From: Macrostomum lignano
Lineage: Eukaryota
Length of the DNA stretch: 64,000 nt
Direction: 5' to 3'
Assembly: GCA_002269645.1 (NCBI GenBank)
Contig: NIVC01000625.1
Span: 308,879-372,878 of the forward strand
Numbering within the stretch: the first letter of the stretch is position 1; the number at the start of each line of letters is the position of its first letter. The notes under the pieces are model-generated. The model had not been told where the DNA came from, did no database searches, and worked only from the letters and a program-made list of their open reading frames with translations. Shown in pieces: positions 1-12,957 of this stretch. Position numbers and translations under genes: made by a program.

Positions 1-2439
1 TCATCTTATCACTATTACTAAAATACACTTTAAATCTTATAAAAATATCTATTGTTTAGGCTTATTATGAAAATGACTATCTGACAACAAAATGTCTATA
101 ATAGAATGACTTGTCACTAAAAAAACCTATATCCAATTGATATTTGGTCCCAAAAATAGAAGTTTAAGTTTTAAACCACCAGTTTTAAATGCCTCGTCAG
201 CTACTTAGTACTACTACTTAGGTGTTTTTCAGGTAGGCATTTTTGCGACTTCCTTGGTTGGCCACCAAATCAGTTGGCCAGATCAGCCAACTGTTACACA
301 TGTATACATGTATGTATACTTGTGCATGTATGTTTTTTATTTGAATGCACCCCACAGACAGCAACATTTCATTTTTAGCCAATAAGAAATTTAACTTAGA
401 TTGGATTAGTTGGTAGTTCAACACAAAGCAATCAATGATGCAAAAAATTTGCACTTCTTTTTTGCACTTATTAAACTAAGTGCTAAGCTTAATAGGCTAA
501 ATTTCAATAACTAGTCTTCTAGCACCAATGTGCATTAGCAAAAAATAGTCTTGTACTAATAGTCTTCTTATTTTGGGCTATAGCCTTAATATAATGATAT
601 AATAGCAAAAGCTATCAAATCTTGCTAACCAAACAGTAGTGTTTAGAGTTAGGGTTAGGGAACAAGCAGGCATGAAAGCAAATATATAATATTGCATATA
701 GATAGAGCTAATCAAGTGTTATATCTAAGCTTTGAACTATGATAGAAATATTGTTTCCTATACAAACTTCTTGATTTTTCTTATAAAATATTGGACTTGC
801 TCTTATTTTATTCTTATATTTATTAAAAAATGTGAAACAAATCTAGGAACTAAACAAATAGCAAAAACCTTTTTTCCGAATACCAAATAAAAATATCAAA
901 TGACTGTCAGCATAATTTATAATCTGCTATGTTCAGTTGATTTATAATTCATAAGTAGTTATATAAACATTTTTTATATGTAGAGATATAGAATTAGAAG
1001 TTTGACATAATTTGCTTTTTGTAGCTTTGTTTTATTTAGACTAGTATTACAGTTCAAAAGTTATAAGTATTTAAAGTTTAAAACTATGATAGGACCTTCT
1101 TATAGAATGACCCTTACAGCTTGTTTTCTTATAGACCTAATGATAATATTGCTTTGAAAAAATGGGAAACTGCATTAAATTTAATATTTTCTTTATTTTT
1201 AGTAACAAAAGCACAATACTAGTTTCATAATCAAATCTCAAACAACCTAGTAATTATTTTCTACATAGCTTAAGGGAAATATCAATTCAGATTCAACTGG
1301 AAAGGTCCAACAACCATCACATATGTAAACAATTAATAACACTTACATTAAAACATTGACATGACACCCTAAATTATGTCAGAAATACAGCCATAAATTT
1401 TCAATTTTTATTAGAAAAGATACCATCCTAAAATAAATTCCCCATATATAAAATTAAAAAGTACTGTAAAGTTTTGTTTGCATCTAAAATATTTATAAAA
1501 TCTACAATAAAAAATCTGTTGCTGGATTGTCTTGAATTGGGCTCTTCGAGACACTTGCAAGCTTAGCTTAAGGCTGTTTCGCACTGCCATCAAATAAGAC
1601 GAAATTTCGTATGATCACACAATTTGTAAATCAATTCACTTTGATCAAATTTGTAAATCAAAGATTCCTTTGTGCATTGGTCGTGTGAGTTAGTTGGTGG
1701 CTTGTTTGATGGGGTGTGTATGTGAGTGAATGATATAATCAAGGACCACTAGAAGAAGGACGGGACACTTAGTTTCTTGGAAAATTTATTAAAGGCTGAT
1801 CTTCTAGTGGTCCTCTCACTTGGATAAGGATATATATATAATTCGCGCGAGTTTAGAAATGCGTTTTTAAATTGTATCTATGCATTATAGTAGCATAATA
1901 AAACAAAGTTAAACTACTTGTTTGTACACATGTCAAGAAAACAAATAAGTCAAATTTGAAATGGTTAAAAAAATTAACTTCATTGTAAAAATATGAATAT
2001 TCGGTTAATTTTTCGTGTGAAGAGTGTGTATTTTAAATATAATTTAGTACCTCATGATTAAAAATCTCACGTACGTACGTCTAACGTCAGTAGTGTGTGC
2101 CGTCATATTCATAATATCCTAACCTTACTGATGAGATGATTGTAGCTCCTATCCATATCCATGCTACTTTGTGTTCAAAGCTGGAATTGCAGTGATTTCA
2201 TTTACATTCATACAACAGTGCGAAAATGATTACCAATGATAAAAAGTCGCTTTCTTTTCTCAGTCCCTCTTGTTGTTGGGCTACTTAAATTTAAAGGTTC
2301 GATCAATCATTAAGATAGCAAGAACTTTTTTTTGTTGGCTAGCCTTCCTTGGGCTTGAAGCTGACTGTATATTGAGATTACGTTCAGCTTTCTCATTGCC
2401 TTCGCCCTTATGACAGTCAACTAGCATCAGCCAGAAAGG

Positions 2440-5400
2440 ATGAATGAGAGCAAGCATAGGCCAAACGGAGAATATGGTTACCATTACCATGCTCCAACAA
2501 GTAGCAGAACGAATTTTCGAAAAGAGCAGAACGCTTCTCTGACAAAATCAACAGAATCTTTTAATAGAGCTTCTGGGCAAAATCAACGCCAAAACACACG
2601 CATAAATAATGCTGGAAACAGAACAATCCAAGGCTCAGATGAATCTGTGACTGGTATGGCATCTGGTCAAGGCCAAGATTGGTCAAACTCTTCAAAGAAA
2701 GGACCATGGAATAAGCAATATTCACCAAATATTGATACAATTGGCTTAAACCCTACAATGGATACAAAGAAAGAAAAGGTAATCTTTAAAAAATTAAAGT
2801 GAAACTTTCTTTTTATTTCTTTGTTACTTTGTTACTTTGTTACTTTGTTACTTTGTTTCTTTATAAATTTTTGTTTTATGTTTTCTTTAAAGTTTAAGCA
2901 AAGCACAATTCTATTTTGTCTCCCTTTTGGCCTTGGTTATAAATATTTGTTTTAATCAATGACAATAGTTTTTTTAGTTAATTATATTAAAAATATACAT
3001 CTATCTTTTTTATAAATTGATAGATATATAAAAATACACAATCTATAAATATACTAAATCTCTAAGGTTTGTATGCTTGTAGTATTATCTAATTATCACA
3101 TAAGAAGGACTATAACCTATACCAAATTATATTCTAACAGCATAATATATATTTTGTAATTGCCTTTTCTTGGCTTATTGATATAAGCTCTTTAAGTGGC
3201 TCTTTATTATACATTTTTTATCATATTATATACAATAATTTGGGTATACAAATTAGTTTCAACAAAAATAGGACATAGTTGGCTCTATTGGAATTCTCCT
3301 TTTGTTTTGCTTCTTCCTTTTCTATTGCCTTTTCTGTTTATTTTATTTTTCTTTCCTTCATTTTCCCTTGACTCATTTCTTTATTGTTTATTGTTTCTGA
3401 TTAAGGGAAGAGGCAATATTATAACCTAATTTTGGCTAATAGCCCTTTCAACTAGGCTTAGATAATCTCAATTGTTCAGCCAAGTGTTTTGCATATATGA
3501 CCCTTGTATAAAGCCTTTGCTTTTTAAATAATAAATTGACTACACCTTTTCAATTTTAGCCTAGCAGCAGCAACAAGGAGATGCAGTCTGTGGCCAAATA
3601 TATAGTTAAAAAGGTGAGAACTGTTTTAATTAACAGAAATATATAGGCATTTCAGCATCAAATATCTTCAGTTAACTGAATTTATAATAACAATGTCCTC
3701 AACAGCGAGACCAGCATAAAGAAGCCAGTCCCAGTGGCCAGCTAGCTCAGCAATACAAGGACGAATCACCAGGTCCTGAACCTGCTGCCACTGCTGGTGG
3801 AGAGGCAGAGTGGCCCAGCCTGCAGCAACCACAGCGGCTGTCCCGCCCAGCTCGCAGTGTCGCCACCGCCTCAGCACCAGTCTCCACTGCATCACCAACT
3901 CGCCTCGCCCACCTGCAAGAGCTACCACTGCCGCCGGCTCCACTGATGCTGGTGACACCAAGTGGCAAATTTGTTGATGAGGCCCAGCGCCAGGAGTTCC
4001 AGGAATACCTGGACCCGACAAACACCAACTTCAGTGTTGTTGGCGTGCTGGGGCTGCAGGTAGCTAATTTAGAATATTTTCGAAATTTATATCTAGCATA
4101 GAAATAGAAGCAGGGATACTCCTGATCTGCTGTAAAGTGTACAGCTTATACTTGTACAGTACTTGCAGGCTAGAGGTCAGGTAAGAATAGGATCAATTGT
4201 TTATGATCAATGGGATCAATAGATTTTAGCGATCACGAGATCGGGAATGTAATCAGTATCAAGGGATTGGGATGGGATCCCGGGATTGGCATGGGATTGG
4301 GATCCTGGGATGGGGATGTGATCGGGATGGAATGGGATCTCGGGATCAGGATGGAATTGGGATCCCGGGATGGGGATGTGATCGGGATCCCGGGATCGGG
4401 ATGGAATGGGATCCTGGGATCGGGATGGAATGGGATCCTGGGATTGGGATGGAATGGGATCCCGTCTTTCTCTAGTGTTAGTACTGTGGAGAGTCGCTCC
4501 CTTGTTTGTATTTTACCGCCTCTCAGAGCTGCCGAGCTGCAACGGGGAGAACTGGACTCCTTGAGCTCAGCTTTATTGAACAATGGCACTTCTGTTGCTA
4601 TGCAAGTGTTTAAGGTCCCAAAAGTCCGCCAGGCTCACCGTAATCATGACCGCGTGTTGCCTATAGACATCTGCAAATTGCATGTCCCTCAACCTTTTCC
4701 CCTGACAGTCCTCAGGCAAGTCCAGCCTGCTCAACTCGCTGCTGCTCGGCCGCCTGCCAGGCCAGGAGGAGCCACCGGCCGGCCGGGCCTTCGCCGTTGA
4801 AAGCCTAGACAACCTGCTGGGCAACGCGCACCGCACCAGGGGCGTGCAGCTGCAGACAACGCCTGAGCGGGCCTTCCTGCTCGACTGCGAGGCCCTGCTG
4901 GCTCTGTCCAGCGCCGAGGCGCTCATCCAGGCCGCCGCTAGCGAACGGCGCGGCGGCGGCAACAGCGGTGCCGGCTCCACCGGCGCCAACGCCGGCCAAT
5001 CCGACTTCATCACAGTTGAGACCGGCGCCACAATGCACGGCATCCAACTCAGCGCCTTCCTCATGTCCGCCTGCCACCTCCTGCTGGTGGTGGCTGACGG
5101 CTGGCCGGACCCGGACCTGCTCCGCCTGCTGCTCGCCGCCGACATGCTGCGGCCTGCCGTGCTGGACGACACCGGCTTTCAGCCCCGTGTGATCTTTGTG
5201 CTGAACCGGACACCGGCCGGCGCCGGGCCCGCGCCCGCCCGCCTGCGCGAACTGCTGGCCGGCCTGTTTGAGGGGGCCGCCTTCCGGCTCGATGCCGGCA
5301 GCGTCTTCTGCCTGCCGCTGCTGGACGAAGACTGTCCGGGTGAGGGCTGTGACTGTCCGGGTGATGACTGACTGCCTGGTGAGGGCTGTGACTGTCCGGG

Positions 5401-5990
5401 TGAGAACTGACTGTCTGGGTGAGGGCTTGAGGGCTGTGACTGTCTGGGTGAGGGCTGTGACTGTCCTGGTGAGGGCTGTGACTGTCCGGGTGAGGGCTGT
5501 GACTGTCCGGGTGAGGGCTGTGACTGTCCGGGTGAGGGCTGTGACTGTCCGGGTGAGGGCTGTGACTGTCCTGGTGAGGGCTGTGATTTTCCGGTTGGGC
5601 CGGTTTGTTGCAGCAGAGTGAAGATAAATTTTCTTTCTCAACATGCTCGCCGATCTCATGACTCATTCTGCCAGACTCGGCGGCGGCCATCGAGTACACC
5701 GAGGAGCTGGAGCGGCTGCGCAAGCTGATTCTCACGTCTCCCAGGCACCACATGCTGCGCCAGGACCTGTTCAACGAGAAAGTCTGGTAAGATTTGGCTG
5801 ATCGATATTCAAATATTTATTTAATATCGCGTTTTATGCAATCCCTTTACTGTTAGTAGAGTCAGCAGGGCTTTGATTTGCTTTCTTATCTTGCCTTCCC
5901 ATTCTCTGCAGGCTGGACTTTGCCGCCGAAGTGTGGGAGAACATTGAGAAGTCCGTCATGCTAGCCGAGTACCACAGGCTGATCGGGTGA
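2440..5990 (+). CDS. SMG9: Nonsense-mediated decay factor SMG9 (P-loop G-domain protein), 6 exons, about 522 aa
   Basis: Exons 2440-2778, 3560-3613, 3706-4059, 4709-5339, 5675-5786, 5912-5990, all GT-AG with compatible phases. Walker A is split by an intron (VVGVLGLQ|SSGKSS). HGIQLSAFLMSACHLLLVV and the C-terminal NEKVWLDFAAEVWENIEKSVMLAEYHRLIG* match recalled SMG9 motifs. Exons 1-2 are supported only by phase and splice sites and are less certain. Confidence 0.88.
4263..4465. repeat. GGGAT-based low-complexity repeat, SMG9 intron 3
   Basis: GGGATCGGGATGGAATGGGATCC variants. Confidence 0.85.
5330..5585. repeat. 21-bp minisatellite, SMG9 exon 4/intron 4
   Basis: Unit GACTGTCCGGGTGAGGGCTGT. 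Confidence 0.9.
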
Positions 5991-6806
5991 GGCTGGGAGA
6001 TTTGCCAGAGATGAGAAACCGGCAAAAGCTGCCGTCTTTGTTCTGGCGAAGCAGCCGCTGCCTGCCGCGTCCTTCGCATCGCCATAATCTGGCGGGCGGC
6101 CTCCGCGCGCGTGTCCGCGAGCCCGGCAGGAGCGGCAGCTGCCCCGGCCCTGGCAACAGCCCATTATCTAACTGACCGCCCCCTTTTCACGGGGCGGTGT
6201 TGGGCGAAAGACGGCTGCTAATTAATGCCGCGGGGCCGCGCCGACTCCTCTCTGTAATCTGCGAACTGAGGCAGGAGCTGAGAGGCGGTCAGCTCGGAGT
6301 TTTTCCCTCTCTTGTGTTGCCGACGCCCCCCTTTGCTGCTCAACTGTCCCTCATCCGTGCTCTCGTGTGCCGCGTTTCTTTACTCAAGTCTGCTTTGCCC
6401 CTCTCCCCCTACCCAGTCCGATTTGTGCTCGTCAATATTCGGCTGATTTGCAGTGATTTATCGAACCCCGGAGACAAGTTGATTCCTACAGTTGTCTTAT
6501 CTGATAGTAAATTTGATTGACAGATTGTCTGTCCTTGGTGTGACTCTTATTGGCATCACTTAAGCTGCTGGCTCTGCCGTGTTTCCACTACTATTAGTAG
6601 TATGTTTGTTCTGATGTTTATCAACAAATATAAACTAACCTAATCTGCCATTGCATCCCATTATGTCTGCTTGCAATTGCATGTTTCTTCTGCTGTCAGT
6701 TTCTTTTGACTCGGTCGTGTGACCAATTGCCGAAATTCGTATCGCCTAAATTAATGTGAAAGCGTCTTCTAGGCCTCTGAAATGATAACTCACCTTTAAG
6801 GTTTGA

Positions 6807-7380
6807 GCACTTCACCGTGATCATATGTATGAAGTTCACTGTGATCATATGTAAGAAGTTACTGTGTTAGTGTGTGAGCAGTTCACTGTGATCATGTGTG
6901 AGCAGTTCACTGATCATCTGTCAGCAGTTCACTGTGATCATGTGTGAGCAGTTCACTGATCATGTGTGAGCAGTTCGCTGTGATCATCTGTGAACAGTTT
7001 ACTGTGATCGTGTGTGAGCAGTTCACTGATCATCTGTCAGCAGTTCACTGTGATCATGTGTGAGCAGTTCACTGATCATCTGTCAGCAGTTCGCTGTGAT
7101 CATCTGTGAGCAGTTCACTGTGATCATGTGTGAGCAGTTCACTGATCATCTGTCAGCAGTTCACTGTGATCATGTGTGAGCAGTTCACTGATCATGTGTG
7201 AGCAGTTCGCTGTGATCATCTGTGAACAGTTTACCGTGATCGTGTGTGAGACGTTCGCTGTGATCAAGTGTGAGCAGTTCACTGTGTGATCATATGTAAG
7301 AAGTTCCCTGTGATCATGTGTGAGCAGTTCACTGTGTGATCATATGTAAGAAGTTCACTGTGATGTGTGAGCAGTTCACT
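6807..7380. repeat. 22/24-bp minisatellite
   Basis: GAGCAGTTCACT(GT)GATCATGTGT. Confidence 0.9.
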
Positions 7381-10300
7381 AATAAATCATGAGCACAGCG
7401 TAGGCGGTTCAGAAAGCTACAGATAAAGCTAACTCATTCCATGTTTCCGGTCGCTAATTGCGATAAGTTCAGACTGCGCCCCGCCCCTCCAGATAACTCT
7501 GGCTCCGGACTGCCGCGCTGCAGTCGCCGTGTTTGCTGAGCTCTCCAATCTTCTAGAGTCCTCTTGAGAGGCGGAGGTCCTCACCAGTTGCCATGCAGGC
7601 GGGCCCAGCAGCATATTTGCTTAATTATCAAAACGCTGCGCGCAGTGGACTGTCGCAATTTCGTTTAAACCGCCAGTCGGCGACCTCTTTAGCCTCAACT
7701 GTGAGTGGCCGTCTCCACTGCGCTGCCTCGCACCTCTGTCAGTCTGCTCAAGTGTGCCGACCCTGCCCCGGCCTCTGATTGATCCCAGCTCAAAAATCGC
7801 TGACCATCTTGAGTCCACTCGGATCGTTAGCCGTTGCCCCCTGGGGGCGGAGAGGCTGGGAAAAGCGGTTGCCAAGTGGGGGGCCGAGACTGCTGCCGAC
7901 CTCCGCCTATACCCTCAGTGCACTCGGCCCAGTGTTTCCGGGCCGCATGAGAGTGATCGATCGCTGCTGTCCCGCAGCTGCCCGTCCGCCCGACTCGCTG
8001 CGCCTCACACTGGGGGGTGGGGCGGCCATGCAGCTGAATGTGTGAGAAGGCGGCTGCTACAGGTACAGTGCGATGGAATGCACCACTGCCGCAGAATGCC
8101 ATGAATATGAATGTCTGTGCATCGGCTATCTCCGCACAGCCGCAGCTCTGCACACTGGGGGACGGTCTAATCTCCATCCGAATCTCGCCCACAGGCCTCT
8201 GGATAGCAGGCCGGGATCCGGCGCTGCATCTCTGCTGCTGCTCCCCGAGCTGGAATTTTTCTGCTTCTGCTGTGCAGCGGCACAGGATATTGGCCCCTGT
8301 TGCCGAGCCTCGCTTAACTTCCGGTTCTGGGGGATCAGGGAGTTGGCTATTTCTCACGAGCGGGCCCGGGAGTCGAGAGCACTGCTGGCTGTTGCTGCTG
8401 GGGGAAGCGGCGGATCGCGCTTGAGCAGCAAAAGTGCAATCCGGATTTGGGAAGTGAAAGGGAGGAGAGGTCGAGATCGGGGGGAGGCAAGCGGGCTTGG
8501 GAGCGGGATATCGGGGAGCATGGGGAATTGGGATTCCAGAGCCGGCGGGTGTACTCGGGGCCCCCGGCCCATGCAGATAGAATCTGTTCCCAGGCGGAAC
8601 CCGGCAGTTGGATGCTCAGCTGGCCGGTCTCTTCTCCCATTGTCCACGCCGTCATCCCGCGGATTAGCGCCGCTGCCGCCGCGAAATCCCCGTCGGGGAC
8701 GCGAGAGCCACGCGGGGATTGCGAGCGGCGCGGAAAACCACGAGAGGGGGGGGGGGCGAGAACGCCGGGGCAAAAAAATTGGGATGAAGCTCTGCAGCAG
8801 CCGTGGCGGCGATTGCTTTGCATATTCCAATCTGCGATGTCTTCGGCCCTGCTGGAGAAATTGATACAGCGGCGGCGGCTTCCGCATTGCTTCGCACCCT
8901 GAGAGAGAGAGGGGGAATGGAGAACGCTTGAAAATTAGCAGTGCGTGCCGCTGTTTGCAGAGGAGCGCCAGCGCTGGGTATTGGAGTTGTGCTGGGGTCT
9001 GCTGTGAAACTCGAGAGAGATAGGGCTGGCTTGTGTTGGGGGGGGGGGTCTGGACCGAGCTGTGAGAAGCTCCTAGCACGAGTCTCGAGACTCGCATGAG
9101 GCACGTGCAAATCCTGCGGCCCAGCCGCAGTCACTCCTCACCTCCCCAGCTGCATCGGGGGTCAACCTCTCGGCTGTTCCCTCCCGCACTTCCCCCTCTG
9201 CATTCCGAATTCCCAGCACCTTTGTGTGTGTCCCCTTCCTTCCCGCGTGTCCGCGGCCGTCCCACGCAGAGCCGCCTCTGCCCCTCCACCGACAGCCTCG
9301 GATGCTGCGCAGCCTGGCCAGAGCTGATGGAGAGCGGGGAGAGTCCGCACCCCCCGCCCGCGTGTCTCCGCCGCCCGGAAAATGAGCTAAAAATGAGAGC
9401 GAAGATGAGGCGGCCGGCTCTGTGCGGCTGCAATCAGGATGGGTGGGGGAGCGCAACTCGAAGCCCCAGCCACTCTTTCTGCGGGAACATGTCCCAGCAT
9501 CTGCGCCTCATCTCTCCACCCCTATCCGCCTATTTCTCTTCCCTCCATACCCAGGGCTATCCGCAGCCAACAGTCGAGGCTCGAGCTGAATCAGCTTCTC
9601 ACAGTACTTGACAGCGGCCCGACACCCCGCCTCGCCCGCTGCCGGGTGTCATCGCCCAGCATCCTCTTCTTCGCCTCGAGCCCGTATCCAGCCGCTTGCC
9701 CGGGCCCTCCCGCCCCGCAACAAGCTGAGACCAGTCTGCTTTCGCATCTCTCTCCCTCTCTCGCCCCCCGCCCTCCGCCTGAGCGCCCCTCTGTCGTAGG
9801 CGCTGCAGACTCGCCATTTGCTGCCTCCCTCCACCGGCCCGGTCAGAACCGGCGCAGGGGATTGGGGAGGAGGGGCAGATCCTCAGCTCCCCCGCTCTGT
9901 CCGCTCCGCCCTCCCCGCCCGCAGGCCGCGGCGACCCACCAGCAACCCCAGCTTCGACCCGTTTCTTAAGTCTCCCCTCGCCGACTCGCGGCCGGTCGGG
10001 AAACTTGTTCAGCACTGCAGCGCTGGCCGAGGGGCAACTCGGCTGAGAGCGAGCGAGAGGCTTCTTCCAGCAGACTCTGCGATCGGGACGGCCTGCAAAC
10101 TCTCGCAACTTCTGGAGTCCAGCCAGCCGACGAGGTGGCAAGTGGAGGCCGAGTTGAGTCCACTTGGCATTTTAGAAGCTGAGTGAGTCTGCTTGCAACT
10201 GTTTACAAAGACTTTGTTCAAAGTTCATTCAAGCGAAGGCTCTGAGGCTGGTTCGCCAGAAACTTGAAGCAGCTCCGTTGCCAATGCGCAAAAATAATCG

Positions 10301-10689
10301 CAGGCACTAACACGCAGCCCCCACGAGAGATGGAGAGAGAGAGAGAGAGCTTCTCCTAGGAGAGCAAAGACTTCCTAAGAGAGCCCATGGCATTCTCCGG
10401 GCCCAGAAGTCCGTGGGTGAGCCGGTTTGCGCAGAGAAAAGTGCATCTTAGACCGGCATGTCGCCTTCCTGAGCTGCGGCACGGCAGGAAGTGGCGGGGG
10501 GGGGGGCGGGGAGCTGAAGACAGGGAGTGGGTCAAGTAGAGAGGAAATTATCCTAAGGGAGTTATCATTAAGGGAATTTTATTGGCAGGCTTTCATTGGG
10601 GTTTGTAGTCGGGACTCGTTTATCATACCGTAACTTTTCGGGGGTAACGATTAGAGGGTATTTTCGTCAGGGCTTATCACGGGTGTTCT

Positions 10690-10995
10690 ACAATATTTCT
10701 CAGGAGGCATTTTATGAGACTTTATCCTGAGATGGACATTTATGTGGGTATTTCGTCAGGAGTATTTACTCAAGATTATTTTTTCGGAGGTATTTCCTCG
10801 GGGTATTTCCTCAGGGGTATTTCCTCGGGGTATTTCTTCAGGGGCATTTCCTCGGGAGTATTTCTTCGGTGGTATTTCCTCAGGGGTATTTCCTCTTGAG
10901 TATTTCCTCAGAGGTATTTCTTCAGGGGTATTTCGTCAGGGGTATTTCGTCAGGGGTATATCCTAAGGGTTATTTCCTTAGGAGTATTTCCTAAA
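10690..10995. repeat. About 15-bp minisatellite
   Basis: GGTATTTCCTCAGGG variants. Confidence 0.85.
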
Positions 10996-11082
10996 GGTAA
11001 TCAGTCGGTGGTGGGGGTGAACGGAAGGTCAGCTGCTCAGCCTTCGCCTCCAACCGTCTCGGAATTGCAGCGCACTCGCGAC

Positions 11083-11760
11083 ATGGTGGACCGCGAGCTG
11101 CTAAACGTTGTGTGGGTGACGGCCTCTGTGGTGGCGGGCACGGGCACCACCCTGATCGCCCTGGTGCTCATCTGCAAGGTCACTCAGCGCTGCCGGCTAC
11201 GCTGCCGTCGTCGAAAAATTAAAGGCAGCGGCGGTCGCGGCCTCCCAGACAATGCAGACACAGCCTGTTGCTGCTGCTGCTGCGGCAGCGGCGGCGGAGC
11301 TGACAGCTTCGGCCGATCGTCCACCGCTGTCTACGACGCCGCCCGGACTGGCAATAAGCCGGCGATGGACACCTTCGACGACTTTCTGCAGCGGTCCTTC
11401 AGCCCTGGCGGCCACGCGGAGGCCCTGGCCCAGTCCAGTCAACAGCAGCTGCCGCCGCCGCAGCAGCCGCAAGCGCAGCCGAGACCGCCGCCGCCGCCGC
11501 AGCCACAGCCGCTGCCGCAGCCGCAGATTGCGGCAGGCGCGTCGTCCAATGCGGCCGCTGCGGCGGCGGCGGCTGCAGCGGCGGCGGCAGCAGCCTCAGC
11601 AAATCGGCAGTCAGGAACCCCGACAGCGCCGAAACCGCCCCTCGTTGGTGCGGGCTCCATGCCGCATCAGCAGCCGCAATACCAGCAGCGGACTTCGCCA
11701 ATGATTGGCTCGCCGCGTCAGACCCCGCCGCAGCTGCAGCTGCAATCGCAGAGTCTGCAT

Positions 11761-11801
<41 letters not shown>

Positions 11802-11835
11802 TCAACAGCAACAGCAGTACCTTCAACAACAACAA

Positions 11836-11910
<75 letters not shown>

Positions 11911-12636
11911 TACCTGCAGCAGTACCCGTCAAAGGATTCTCAGGCGCTCCTCAACCAGATTGTCGGCGCCCAGCAGCCACAGCTGACGCATCCCGGCCTG
12001 GCGCCCAACCGCATTTCCCGACAGCCGACTCAGCCACCGCCGCAGCAGCAGCAGCAGCTGCTCGGCCATCATCGCTCCATGGCGATGCTGCACGGACCAT
12101 CGCAGCCTCCGCAGCAGCAGCCGCAGCCCCCGACTTCGATGTCACCACTGCGCGGCCGCATGCCAGTCGGCCTGGCGAGGCACCAGTCGGACGCCGCCGT
12201 GGCTGCCTACGCGTACGCGGTGCGGGAGGCCGCAGCGGCCGCCGCCGCAGTCAGCGTCGACCTGCAGTCGATGCCGCCGTCGGCCTACGAGCAGCACCAG
12301 CACCTGCTGCAGCGGCACCACCGGCCCATGGCCTTCGAGATCTGCGAGAGCGACTGCGACCGGTACAGCGACCTCAGTCTGGGCGGTGGCGGCTCCGGCG
12401 GCGGCAACCACCTGGACGGTGTCGGGAGCGCCGTCGAGAAGGCAGCGAAACCGGCCACATCAGTCGCCGTCGCCTTCAACTACGACACGTACGACACCGA
12501 GTGGCCGCTGAACAGCTACGTGCGACCTGGCGCAGCCGCCGGCTTCCACGAAGGCGTGCAGGCCCGCTGCCACCCCGCCAGGAGGGGCCACATCCTCTTC
12601 GGCCGGGGCACCGGCCGCTTCACCGGCAACTTGTGA
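11083..12636 (+). CDS. Uncharacterised single-pass membrane protein with Cys cluster and polyQ/polyA tracts (about 517 aa from ATG 11083)
   Basis: Long GC-rich ORF with a hydrophobic segment (VVWVTASVVAGTGTTLIALVLIC) followed by basic RCRLRCRRRK, then CCCCCC, a Q-rich region and a non-repetitive C-terminus. A possible upstream mini-exon 10387-10416 (MAFSGPRSPW|gtgag) joins in phase at acceptor 11041. Confidence 0.6.
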
Positions 12637-12957
12637 TCGGCGAGGCCTCTGATTGCTCAACTCGCAGCCCGGGATCCCAGGTGAGCAGAGTGGAGTGGCC
12701 GACTTGTAGAGCTTTTGTATGGCCCTGGCTTAACGCTATCGGCGACATCGGCACACAGCCTGCGCTGAGGCAATTCTGCCCATTCCACGGACTCCTGCGC
12801 TAATAGCGTACGCAGGTACGCACTCATACACACGCTCACAGGGTGCACAGCGCCACTGTACATAATCGTCAAGTATGTGCACTCTGTGCCTTGGGGGTTG
12901 GCGGTCCTCATGAGTTGTGAATCTTCCCCAAATGAATGCGGAAGTAAACAGAATCGA

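Noticed and set aside
649-660. TTAGGGTTAGGG as a telomeric site
   Set aside because: Only two units, which is not distinguishable from chance.
4060-4066. Minor (U12) spliceosome introns among the weak donors (GTAGCT, GTTCGC, GTTGGT, GTGGGA)
   Set aside because: None shows the RTATCCTT donor consensus; they are treated as weak U2 donors.
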